Under the pieces are notes generated by a model. The model had not been told where the DNA came from, searched no databases, and saw nothing but the letters and a program-made list of their open reading frames with translations. DNA of 64,000 bases, taken from the NCBI GenBank assembly GCA_013416795.1, contig RQSC01000033.1, forward strand, positions 162,280 to 226,279, read 5' to 3'. A program made the position numbers and the translations under genes. This document shows positions 1 to 9,432 of the stretch, piece after piece (positions within the stretch are counted from its first letter, which is position 1; each line of letters begins with the position of its first letter). Source of the stretch: Prasinococcaceae sp. CCMP 1430 (taxonomy: Eukaryota; Plantae; Prasinodermophyta).

Positions 1-2467
1 CCATACGATTGAGATACGACGTGCCACTGCTCGATATTTCTTCCTGGCCCATCTGCGAGTAGAACATAAGAGGGCACTCGACCGATGGCCACGGGAAGTC
101 CACCTCCTCGCGCACACGCTCGCTGGCCCCCACGCCGTTCTGCAGGCTACCTTCGTAGAACGTGTTGGACGGGAACTCGGAGAGCGCCGGGTGCATGCGG
201 TACTGGACCTCGAGCCTGATCGGGCGGATGCCCATGCGGATGCAGCGCTCGAAGAGCGACTGGTTGAGCCCCGCGCGCGCGGCCTGCTTGCAAACGATGA
301 CAGGCCCGAGCTGGCAGTGATCACCGACAAGCACTGCTTGCTTGGCACCCGATACGAGCGGGATGAGGCACTCAGGCTCGGTGGCCTGCGTGTTCTCATC
401 GACGAGCACGTGGCGGAAACGGAAGTTGGTCAGCCGCGCGTCGCCTGCGCCCACGCATGTGCAGCATATCACATCAGCGGCCTGCAGCACCTCGCGCTCG
501 GCCGCTTTCAGCAGCGAGCGATACTTTTTTTCGTCCTTCTCGCTGAGCTCGCCGGTCTCCATTTTGAGCTGGCTGAGCTTAGTCAACTGCTCGCGCGTGC
601 CTAGGTTGGTCACCTGGTAGTGCAGCGTGAGGTGCTCCACACTACTGGTCATGTCCTCGCGGCTCTTGGCGACCAGGCGAACCACTTTGAGGCCAGTGGC
701 GGCGACCTTTTCTGTGAGCTGATCCACGGCAACGTTGGACGGTGCGCACACGAGGACCTGCCCTTGGTTGAGTTTGCTCATGTGATACACGACGGTGGCG
801 GATGTCACAGTCTTTCCTGTGCCAGGTGGGCCCTGGATGAGGCTGAACGGGCGGCTCAACACGGTTCGCACGGCCTCGGCCTGCGAGTGGTTGAGCTCTG
901 GCAGGCCGGGCGCCGAGATGTGAGCTGGTGGCTTGCCCCGCATCGGCTGCGGCTCCGGCTCGTGCCCCAGCAGTGTGTGGTATATGAAGCCCGACACCGA
1001 GGTCTCGTCGTTCGCAAACAGCTTGAGCGCCGTGCGCATGCGGTCGTAACTAATCGCTTTCCAGCAAACCTCTACGCCGTAGCCCAAGGTGACCGAGGTC
1101 GGGATGTTGCGGCCGCGCAGCTCTAGCGCCACCTCGCCGGTCTCGGGAACGACCTTGACGACGCGCCCAACGTAGGTCGTCTCCTTGGCGTTGCCGCCAC
1201 CATTGTATTCTGCGCACTTCGCGCGCTTACTGCGTCCCTTGCCGCGCTTGCCACTCTCGTTGGCAGCCCCGCCGCCAGCACTCGCACCATCGTCCTCCCT
1301 TTTCGGCGGGCGCAGGGCCATCTCCTGGCCCACCGCGAGCTTGGCCTCGTGGTCCTCCTGCGGATAGTAGAAGTTGGCGATCTGTCTCCGATTGAGCGAG
1401 ACGTCCCACTGCACGGTCACATCAGACTTGGCCTGACTTTCCTTAGTCAGCCTGTCGTGCTCCGCCTCGAGGCCGACGAGCGCCTCATAGATACGCATGT
1501 AGCTCACCGAATCCTCGTACCGGGTCTGCACCGGCTCGGCATCATCGTCCATGCCTGGCCTCTCGAGGTCCTCGAGCGTGGCCTCGGGCTCGCGCTTCCA
1601 CAGCTCCTCGAGGCGGTTGACCTGCGCTGCGCTCAGGTGGCGCGCGCGCACAACGTCGTGCGCCGAGGGCTCCTTAATCAGCCATGGCAGGAACTTCTTG
1701 TTCTGCACGATGGGCTGCCACTGATCCATGTCCCAGTCGAACTCCTTGCGGCCGCTGGCAAACACGTCCGGGTCGCGCGAGATGAGCGCGACGGTGTTCT
1801 CGCCTTCAGTCGTGACGGGCACGAATCCGAGCGAGAAGACGTTGCGGTTGCCGGTGATGTAGCACTCGAGCACCGTTTCGCCAAGCGGTGACTCCTTGTG
1901 AAGCACCACTTCCTTGTTGCGGCTGCGCACGAGGTGGTACACGAGGCAGCTTGCGGGCAGCGTGCCGCAGCGCGCGTTGCAAAACCACTTGCCTGTGGCC
2001 GCGCACCGCGCGACGCACGCCGGGTCGGAGATGCCGCAATACGCGCACGCCCACTCTGGAAGGTCCTCCTCAGCGAGCGTCTCGCCATCGCCGCCACCCG
2101 CGCCTTCGCCCTTGGCGCCATCGCCGAGCGAGAGACCCTCCACGCCGCTCGCAAGCGCGTCCGCGTCCCCTTGCCGCTGGCCCTGGTCATGGGCTGCCAC
2201 GCCGCCGATGGCCTCCTCGTACCACGCCGCCTTCGCATCGCTGCTGCTCTGCTGCTGCTGCTGCTGCTGCTGTTCACGCCGCTGCTGGCGCCGCGGCTGC
2301 TGCTGCCGTTGCCGCTGCGGCGGCGGCTGCTGGTGATGTTGCTCATACTGCTTACTAGACGCGGTCGTTGCCACGTCGTCGCCCTCCTCGTCGAACTCCA
2401 GGAAGGTGTAGTCGCCAGCCCCGCCGTCGGCGAGCGCGGCGTCGAGCGCATCCGCCTCGAGCGACAT
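1..2467 (-). CDS. UPF1: UPF1 nonsense-mediated decay RNA helicase (3' end runs off the window)
   Basis: Not in the ORF track because there is no stop in the window. The ATG at 2467 gives MSLEADALDAALADGGAGDYTFLEFD, followed by the Cys/His-rich CH domain (CAYCGI...WFCN...LECYITG), Walker A LIQGPPGTGKT, DENTQATEPE, LVGDHCQLGP, QYRMHP and EEISSSGTSYLNR. Confidence 0.96.
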   Translation of the reverse strand, partial: MSLEADALDAALADGGAGDYTFLEFDEEGDDVATTASSKQYEQHHQQPPPQRQRQQQPRRQQRREQQQQQQQQSSSDAKAAWYEEAIGGVAAHDQGQRQGDADALASGVEGLSLGDGAKGEGAGGGDGETLAEEDLPEWACAYCGISDPACVARCAATGKWFCNARCGTLPASCLVYHLVRSRNKEVVLHKESPLGETVLECYITGNRNVFSLGFVPVTTEGENTVALISRDPDVFASGRKEFDWDMDQWQPIVQNKKFLPWLIKEPSAHDVVRARHLSAAQVNRLEELWKREPEATLEDLERPGMDDDAEPVQTRYEDSVSYMRIYEALVGLEAEHDRLTKESQAKSDVTVQWDVSLNRRQIANFYYPQEDHEAKLAVGQEMALRPPKREDDGASAGGGAANESGKRGKGRSKRAKCAEYNGGGNAKETTYVGRVVKVVPETGEVALELRGRNIPTSVTLGYGVEVCWKAISYDRMRTALKLFANDETSVSGFIYHTLLGHEPEPQPMRGKPPAHISAPGLPELNHSQAEAVRTVLSRPFSLIQGPPGTGKTVTSATVVYHMSKLNQGQVLVCAPSNVAVDQLTEKVAATGLKVVRLVAKSREDMTSSVEHLTLHYQVTNLGTREQLTKLSQLKMETGELSEKDEKKYRSLLKAAEREVLQAADVICCTCVGAGDARLTNFRFRHVLVDENTQATEPECLIPLVSGAKQAVLVGDHCQLGPVIVCKQAARAGLNQSLFERCIRMGIRPIRLEVQYRMHPALSEFPSNTFYEGSLQNGVGASERVREEVDFPWPSVECPLMFYSQMGQEEISSSGTSYLNRM

Positions 2468-3061
2468 CGCGCGCCGCGCGCCGCGGGCGTGGGTGCGCAG
2501 CGCGCGCGCCTGCGCTTGCGTCTCGCGCGCGCTGTCGCCCGCGACCTGTCATGCCGTGAGGCGGCGGCGGGCACATGCGGAGATGGTGGGGGGTCGGGGG
2601 TGGGGCGGGAGGCTGGGGAGCAGAGGGGGCGAGGCCCGCTGGGCAACCCCACCGGCCGCCGCGCTGCAGATCGGATGCGAGCACTCTTTCCTTTTCCCTT
2701 TCCCCGACGACGGCCCGCCGATTCTGAATTTTCGACGTCGGTTGTCTTCCAAGTTTTCCCCGCTCCAATGGCCGTGCGTGCTGGCCTTCTTTGGCCGGGG
2801 CATTCCGGAAAATGATCCGTGATTGCAGGTCGTCCCTGCGGGCGCGCGCGAGCCGGCTCGCCGCGAGCCGGCTCACCGCGATCCGGCGGCTGCGGCGGCT
2901 GGCGAGCCCGTGCGGGCCGTGGGAGGGGGGCGCGGGGCGCCACAGCGGCGCGCGGGCCCGGCGCTCGCTCGCTCGCTCGCTCGCTCCGCGGGTCCTTCCC
3001 CCGACCCTCTCTCCGAGAGGTCCCGCACTGCCGGCCGGCCCGCCGCGCGTGCCCGGCGGCC

Positions 3062-5542
3062 ATGGGGCGCAAGACGAAGACGGGCGGCAAGACGCGCCTC
3101 GACAAGTACTACAAGCTCGCCAAGGAGCTCGGCTACCGCGCGCGCTCAGCCTTCAAGCTCATTCAGCTGAACAAGAAGTATGACTTCCTAGGGTCGAGCC
3201 GCTCGCTGGTCGACCTGTGCGCGGCACCCGGTGGCTGGCTGCAGGTGGCCGTCAAGCACATGCCCGTGGGCTCCAAGATCATCGGCGTGGACCTCGCTCC
3301 CATCCGGCCCATCAAGGGGTGCGTCACGTTCATCAACGACATCACGACGCCCGCATGCCGCGCCGAAATAAAAAAGGAGCTCAACGGCGGCCTGGTGGAG
3401 GTGGTGGTGCACGACGGTGCGCCCAACGTGGGCGGCGCATGGGCCAAGGAGGCCTATCTGCAGGCCGCGCTCACCCTCGAGGCGCTGCGCCTCGCCACGG
3501 ACGTCCTGCAGCCGGGTGGCTGGTTCGTCACCAAAATCTTCCGCTCGGAGGACTACTTCTCGCTGATGTTCGCGTTCCGGCAGCTCTTCGAAGGCGTCTA
3601 TGCCACCAAGCCGACGTCGTCGCGCAACACCTCGGCGGAGATCTTCGTGGTGTGCAAGGGCTACAAGGCGCCGAAGTCCATCGACCCAAAATTTCTCGAC
3701 CCCAAGCACCTCTTCAAACAGCTTGAGGATGAGGACGGCGGCGCCGAGAAGGTGGACGTGCTGCGCCAGCAGCCGGGCAAGGCGCACAAGAACCGCGAGG
3801 GCTATGGTCCAGGCGGCGCTGCTGAGCGCTACAAGGCGTGCGGCGCGATGGCATTTCTACGCGCGGACAACCCAGTGGAGATGCTCGGCCTGTACGGCTC
3901 CATTGATCTCAGCGGGGACGACTGCGCCGACGTGCGCCTGCACGCGGCGACGACAGCTGAGGTGAAGGCACTGTGCGAAGACCTCAAGGTGCTTGCGCCA
4001 CGCGACTTCAAGGCACTGCTCCGTTGGCGCATCAAGGCGCGCGACGTGCTCAAGGACGAGCTCGCCGCGCAGGCGGCTGCCAAGAAGGAGCAGGCCGCCG
4101 CCGACGGCAAGGATGTCGACAGCGAGCCTGAGGATGAGAATGAAGCGCTGCTCAAGGAGATGGGGCGCCTGTATGAGAGCGACCGTCATCGCGCAGCACA
4201 AGAAAAGAAGCGCCGCAGGCGACTGCTGGAGCGTGAGCGGACGCGCCGCGCGGCCAAGCTTGCCGGCGAGGGACCAATTGATGGCGGCGACGAGGAGCTC
4301 TTCAGCATGGCCGCAGCCAAGGCGCGCGGCGCGGGCGGCGCGGGCGGCGCAACGCTCGACGCCGTGGGCGAGGACGACGGTCACTCCGACACGGACTCTG
4401 ACGCCGCTCCGATGGAGGAGGAGGAGCCTGACTACGGCTCCGACGAGGAGGCAGCGTATCAGGGCCAGGTGGAGGAGTACCTGGACGCGCTGTACGACCG
4501 CTACAAGGAGGCGCGCGGCGCCGCGACGGGGCAGGGCGCGCGCCGCCGCGCGCGTAACCTCGCGGCGGAGGGGGGCGACGAAGAAGGTCTCGATGGGGAC
4601 GCGCACATGCCAGAGCCAATGCCTGGCTATGGCGTCGAGGTATTCGATGACAGCGACGCCGAGGAGGAGGACGCCGGTGCAGCCGACAGGCAGAAGCGCC
4701 AGCTGCAGCAGTGGTACAGCCAGGACGTCTTCGCGGGCATGAACGGCGGCGGCGAGGCTGGTGACCATGAAGGTGCGATTGAGGAGGGGAGCGACGAGGA
4801 GGAGGAAGAGGAGGGCGGTGCGGCCGAGCGCAGGGTGCGCTTCGCGGCGGCACCGTCAACGAGCGCGCGCGCGCGCGGCGGCGTCCCCGCGGCACCGGAG
4901 TACGACCCGGAGGTGGGCGCGTTCACGGACACCATCGAACGCTTTGACAGCAGCGACAGTGACAGCGATGCCGAAGAGGAGCTAGGAGACGAGTTCGACC
5001 AGCTCCCAGACGAAGAGAAGGCCGCCATTCGCGCGCACGCGCGACGGATGAAGCTCGAGGGTCGCAAGGCGCGCGACGCGATGATCGAGAGCGGGTACAA
5101 CCGTTATACCTTCCATGACGACGCAGCGCCCGAGTGGCTGCTCGAGGACGAGCGCAAGCATTTTGTGCCCATGTCGCAAGTGACCGCCGAGGAGGTGGCC
5201 GCCGAAAAGGAGTACTTTAAGAAGGTCAACGCGCGGCCCATCAAGAAGATCGCGGAGGCGAAGAATCGCCAGAAGAGACGCGCGCACAAAGCGCTCGAGA
5301 AGGCCAAGGCGAACGCCAACGCCATCGCTGAGGGCGAGGGCTCGCAGGCCTCAAAGGCCAAACGCATTGCCAGCCTCATGGCGAAGGCGAAGGCTAATGC
5401 GAAGGGCGGCAAGGGACAGGCAGGCAAAGGCAAGAAGGGCAGCGGCAAGAAGTTCGACAGCCGGATGAAGGCCGACATGCGCGGCCAGAAAGCGGCCGAG
5501 CGCCGGAACGCGAAGAGGGGTGGCGCGAAGAAGCGCCGCTGA
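3062..5542 (+). CDS. SPB1: SPB1/FTSJ3 pre-rRNA 2'-O-ribose methyltransferase
   Basis: RLDKYYKLAKELGYRARSAFKLIQL, DLCAAPGGW, HDGAPNVG and SRNTSAEIFVVC, plus C-terminal NARPIKKIAEAK. The likely start is the ATG at 3062. Confidence 0.96.
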   Translation: MGRKTKTGGKTRLDKYYKLAKELGYRARSAFKLIQLNKKYDFLGSSRSLVDLCAAPGGWLQVAVKHMPVGSKIIGVDLAPIRPIKGCVTFINDITTPACRAEIKKELNGGLVEVVVHDGAPNVGGAWAKEAYLQAALTLEALRLATDVLQPGGWFVTKIFRSEDYFSLMFAFRQLFEGVYATKPTSSRNTSAEIFVVCKGYKAPKSIDPKFLDPKHLFKQLEDEDGGAEKVDVLRQQPGKAHKNREGYGPGGAAERYKACGAMAFLRADNPVEMLGLYGSIDLSGDDCADVRLHAATTAEVKALCEDLKVLAPRDFKALLRWRIKARDVLKDELAAQAAAKKEQAAADGKDVDSEPEDENEALLKEMGRLYESDRHRAAQEKKRRRRLLERERTRRAAKLAGEGPIDGGDEELFSMAAAKARGAGGAGGATLDAVGEDDGHSDTDSDAAPMEEEEPDYGSDEEAAYQGQVEEYLDALYDRYKEARGAATGQGARRRARNLAAEGGDEEGLDGDAHMPEPMPGYGVEVFDDSDAEEEDAGAADRQKRQLQQWYSQDVFAGMNGGGEAGDHEGAIEEGSDEEEEEEGGAAERRVRFAAAPSTSARARGGVPAAPEYDPEVGAFTDTIERFDSSDSDSDAEEELGDEFDQLPDEEKAAIRAHARRMKLEGRKARDAMIESGYNRYTFHDDAAPEWLLEDERKHFVPMSQVTAEEVAAEKEYFKKVNARPIKKIAEAKNRQKRRAHKALEKAKANANAIAEGEGSQASKAKRIASLMAKAKANAKGGKGQAGKGKKGSGKKFDSRMKADMRGQKAAERRNAKRGGAKKRR

Positions 5543-5642
5543 GGCGCCCCTGGCGATGGTACGAGCTCGTAATTAATCATTCATGACACAGGAGCAAGAG
5601 GATGCGCGCCGCGCGCGCGCGCACTGCCGCTTGCTCTCGCTG

Positions 5643-6425
5643 TCAAGCATCCTCCATTGCCACGTCTGCTGAATGCATGCTCGTCTCCGGAAGAAGCGAG
5701 CGCGTTCCCCGGCCGCGGGCGCGGGCGCGGCCGCCTCTGCCAAGGACGCCTTTTCCGGCCGGCTCCCCGCCCCCGCGCCCTCCTCGGCCGGCCCCGACGT
5801 GAAGGGTGGGCTTTCCCTTGCTGCTCCCCTTGCCGCCGCCAGCGCACTTCCTCGGAGCCGTCCCGCTTTCGAACCGGTGCACGGCGTCAGCCGGCCAGCC
5901 GTGCGTATCGCGCACGTGCTGCCCGCGCGCTGCAGCGGAAGCAAAGACTGCGTCGCAGCCATCGACGAGGCACTTGTACACCATGCCTCCCCGCGCGGCC
6001 ATTGCAGCAAAGTATGCGTCATGCGCCTCGGCTATGTGCAGCTCGAGGAGGCGCGGCGTCGGCAGCGTGCGCGAGCACACCCTGCAGCGAAAGTAGTGAC
6101 GCGCGCGGTAGTGCGCCTGCAGCGCTGCACTGTCTTCGAAGCGCGCTCCGCAGCCAGGCTCTGGGCACTCGTGCACCCCACCGCCCGCCTCCGAGCCACC
6201 GGCCTCCTTCTGTTGCTCCTGCGGCTGCTGCTGCTGTGTCACCGGCGCCTCCGCCTGCCTCGCCAGCGCCTCGCGATGCGCGTCGGCCTCAGCGAAGAAC
6301 GCGTCGTCCGCGTTCCGCGGTCGTGGCGCCGCAGGTGGCAGCGCGGCCAGCGCGGCCTCTGCCGCCGCGAGGAAGCTGCTCTGCGCCTCGCCCCCGCCGC
6401 CGCCGTCTGACGCATCCACCTCCAT
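5643..6425 (-). CDS. ZNF511-like C2H2 zinc finger protein
   Basis: CPEPGC...HYRARH, CRVCSRTLPTPRLLELHIAEAHDAYF and YKCLVDGC...HVRDTH match the ZNF511 family pattern. The start is either 6425 or 6527. Confidence 0.8.
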   Translation of the reverse strand: MEVDASDGGGGGEAQSSFLAAAEAALAALPPAAPRPRNADDAFFAEADAHREALARQAEAPVTQQQQPQEQQKEAGGSEAGGGVHECPEPGCGARFEDSAALQAHYRARHYFRCRVCSRTLPTPRLLELHIAEAHDAYFAAMAARGGMVYKCLVDGCDAVFASAAARGQHVRDTHGWPADAVHRFESGTAPRKCAGGGKGSSKGKPTLHVGAGRGGRGGGEPAGKGVLGRGGRARARGRGTRSLLPETSMHSADVAMEDA

Positions 6426-6559
6426 GTCCGTGCCACCGCACTGCGCTGGCCCGCGCCGCGCGCGGTCTGGCAGCCCCGCTGGAGGTAAAAATGGGCTGAC
6501 GAGCTTAATGACGGCTTGCACTTGCATAGATGCTCAGTAGTTACAGTGTGTTAATGCTG

Positions 6560-6879
6560 TCACACGCGCTCAAGCCTCACCCTGAGCACCTTGTCCCTCT
6601 TGAGCCACTTAGCGCGCGCGCGCGCACCGTCTACGCGTGAGGGCAGAGGAACGCTCAGTGCACCCCCGCCGCCATTGCCCCACACTAGTCGCAGATCGCG
6701 TTCACCTACATCGAGGTCCACAGATGCTGCCGAGTCGAGCATGGGCAGCGACACGCACACCTGAATACCCGAGGTGGTCTCGCTCACGCTATACTCTGGT
6801 GCGAGGACCTCTTGGATCAGGGGCTTGCCGGGGCTTTCCTCTGCCGGGTGCTTGGTGGGCATCTGCGCACCGCTGCTCT

Positions 6880-6937
<58 letters not shown>

Positions 6938-7943
6938 TGCTGCGACCTTCCGCTCCGACACCTCACGGAGGAGCGGCTCGGCGCTCTGGCACTGCTGCGA
7001 GCCACTGCCTGCCGCGGGTATGTCCAGGTTGGACAGCTGCTCAAGCAGCGAGCGCTCGCCCGCGCTAGTTGTCGGCTGCGCCTGAGACTGCTTTGGCTGC
7101 TGCTGCTGTAGCCTTTGTTTCGCCCTGTCGCCCTGCTGTTGCGCGTGCGCGGTTGTATTCGGAAGCTCGTCGTTAGGCAGCACACCCTGTGCCCATCGCA
7201 GCCTGACCTCACGTCCCACGCCGAGACGCACTCCCTCTCCCGCCGCGCGCTCCGCGAAGCGCAGCGCGCGGTCCACGAGCAGCGGCCGGAAAAACGCGCC
7301 GGGCGCGTCGGCCTCGTGCGCGGCACGCCGCACGGCAGCCGGGTGAACGCGCAGCTCGAACGTGAGCTCACGCGCGCCGGCCGACGGTGGCAACGGCTCG
7401 CCGCCCTTCCACTCGAGCGGAAGCTCGACCGCACGTGGATCACGCTCGCGGCTGAGGTCACCGTCTGGCCGGCGCGAGCGCGGCTCGCCCACTGACGACG
7501 CGCGCCATAGCCCCACTGATGCGCGTCGCCCGTCACTCGTCGCGCACAAGATCACAAGCGCCGGGGGCTTCCTCCCACCCGCCGCGCCCGCCGAGCTGTC
7601 CGTGCGCGCTGACGCAGGTGCTCGTGCGCGCTCGCCTACCTCGAACCCAGAAGCAGCTGCCGCAGCTCGAGCCGCGCCATGCGGCGTGACAATCTCGGGG
7701 GCGCCCCCTGGAGCTCCAGGTCTGCCGCCCTGCGCTCCTCCGCTGGCGCCGCCTGGAGCGCCCGACATGCCGCCCGGCAGGACCATGCCGCTGGCCTTGG
7801 CGTTTGCCATCTGCTCGTTGAGGAACCGCTTGTACCCCTCAGGATCGCTCTCGGCGAGCTCGTCGAGGAACGACCACATGCTACTCGCGTGTTTGCGCGC
7901 CGCGTCGACGCCACCCGGCATCGAGCTCAGGAGCTCCTCCAGC

Positions 7944-7979
<36 letters not shown>

Positions 7980-8059
7980 GTGCCGCCGCTCCCGCTACCA
8001 TCGCCGCTTCCCGCCGCCGCGGCCGCCGCCTGCTGCAGCTGTTCCATGAGGCCTTCCAT
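6560..8059 (-). CDS. PIH1D2-like co-chaperone (PIH1 N-terminus plus C-terminal CS domain), probable intron 6863-6946
   Basis: MWSFLDELAESDPEGYKRFLNEQM matches the PIH1D2 N-terminal motif. C-terminal KPLIQEV...VSLPMLDSAASVDLDV...ARAKWLKRDKVLRVRL is a CS fold. Confidence 0.8.
6881..6934. repeat. (GAC)n trinucleotide microsatellite
   Basis: About 18 perfect GAC units. Confidence 0.95.
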
Positions 8060-8320
8060 CGCGCGGCGGTCGCGGCCCCTGCCACGCACCGCCGCGACCG
8101 CCGCCGCCGCTGCCTCGCGCACGCTGTGGCGGCGTGGACCGGCACGTGCGGGGAACAGCGTGGACATGGCATGGCGCCCAATGGGGCAAACTGCTCCATT
8201 TAACCCTACAGTACAATATACCTCAAATGTAACCCTAACTCAGTCGCGGCTCGGCACACGGACGCGCCGGCACGAGTTCACTCTGTCTATCCCCTCTAAT
8301 ACTACGTCGTCATCCTACAG

Positions 8321-9237
8321 CTAGTGCTGCTCGTCGTCGTGCGACACGTATCCGCACACCTGGCAGCCCACTTTGCGCATGCGCGGCCCGTCGAGCTCCA
8401 CCATGAGCACCGACTGCCACTGCCCAATAGCGAGCTCGCCGCCGACCACTGGCACGCTGAGTGTGGTGCCTAGCAGCGACGCCAGCAAGTGCGCGTGCGC
8501 GTTGAGGGGCTCCTGCGCCATGAACTCTTCAAGCGTTCCTTTGCCCTGGCTCATCCAGTTGCGCTCAATGGCCGCAAGGTCGCGCTCGGTCTCCGGCCGC
8601 TGCTCGAGGTCGTTGTGGAGGTACGGCGCATCGGGAGGGGCGAGCGCGAGCAGCCACTTCGCGTAATCGCGGCGCAAGCGAGCCTCGTCCTCGTTGATAG
8701 TCAGCGCCACCGTCGTGTGCTGACTTACGAGGTGCGCCGTGCCGTTCACCACGCCCGACGCGGCAACCTGCGAGCGGCCGCAGCGACAGTCGTCACGCCG
8801 GGTGGCAGCGGCCGTCGTTAGAACACGCGCGGCCGCGCGCTCGGCGCCATGGCATCGCCCGCGCGGCCACGCACGCAACTCACCGTCTCGCGCAAGGGCG
8901 CCGTCAGATCATGAATGCTGACTTCCTGACGCGGCAGCGCCGACATGTCCCCGGCGACGCCCGTGTCGACAGCAAGCTCCGCGTAGTGGTAGACGTGCGA
9001 CGCGCGTGCCGCGCACCGTCGCGGCCGCGCGCCCGCGCAGCCGTCGCGCAGCCGCCGCGGCCGGACGCGCCTCGCGCCACCGCCGCGGCCGCGGCCATCT
9101 TGCCGCCCTGCGGACGCAAGGTCAAGAGAGCGCTTCCCCCGAGGGTGGGGAGAGGGGGGCTGCCTGCCACCTGCCGGCGTGTGCGCGCTGTGCCCCGCGC
9201 ATCGTGCGTGATCAATAACGCCAGCGACGGCCGCCAT
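8321..9237 (-). CDS. YjbQ/UPF0047 family protein (intron 8768-8883; 5' end uncertain)
   Basis: HTTVALTINE, YLHND, NAHAHL and LAIGQWQSVLMVELDGPR are UPF0047 signatures. The upstream exon reads ...IHDLTAPLRET|gtgagt. Confidence 0.88.
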
Positions 9238-9432
9238 GCCTGCGCAAAAGCAAAAAATCCGCGGAGCGCGGCATGCGGGTGGCCGATTAAAGTGCACATA
9301 TTTCACAGAGCGGAAGTGGCAATTCGCGGAGTTTTTTGGGGGAGGCGTGTGCTCCATGGCAGACCGCTGCCTCGCGTGCGTGTGCCGGCGGCGCGCCACA
9401 CGGCGAGCGCCGCAGCCTCCCCTGATACGGCG

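Noticed and set aside
191-2815. Plus-strand ORFs opposite UPF1, and similar antisense ORFs throughout the window
   Set aside because: Shadow ORFs caused by high GC3 and scarce stops. They have no motifs and show Arg/Ala-rich composition.
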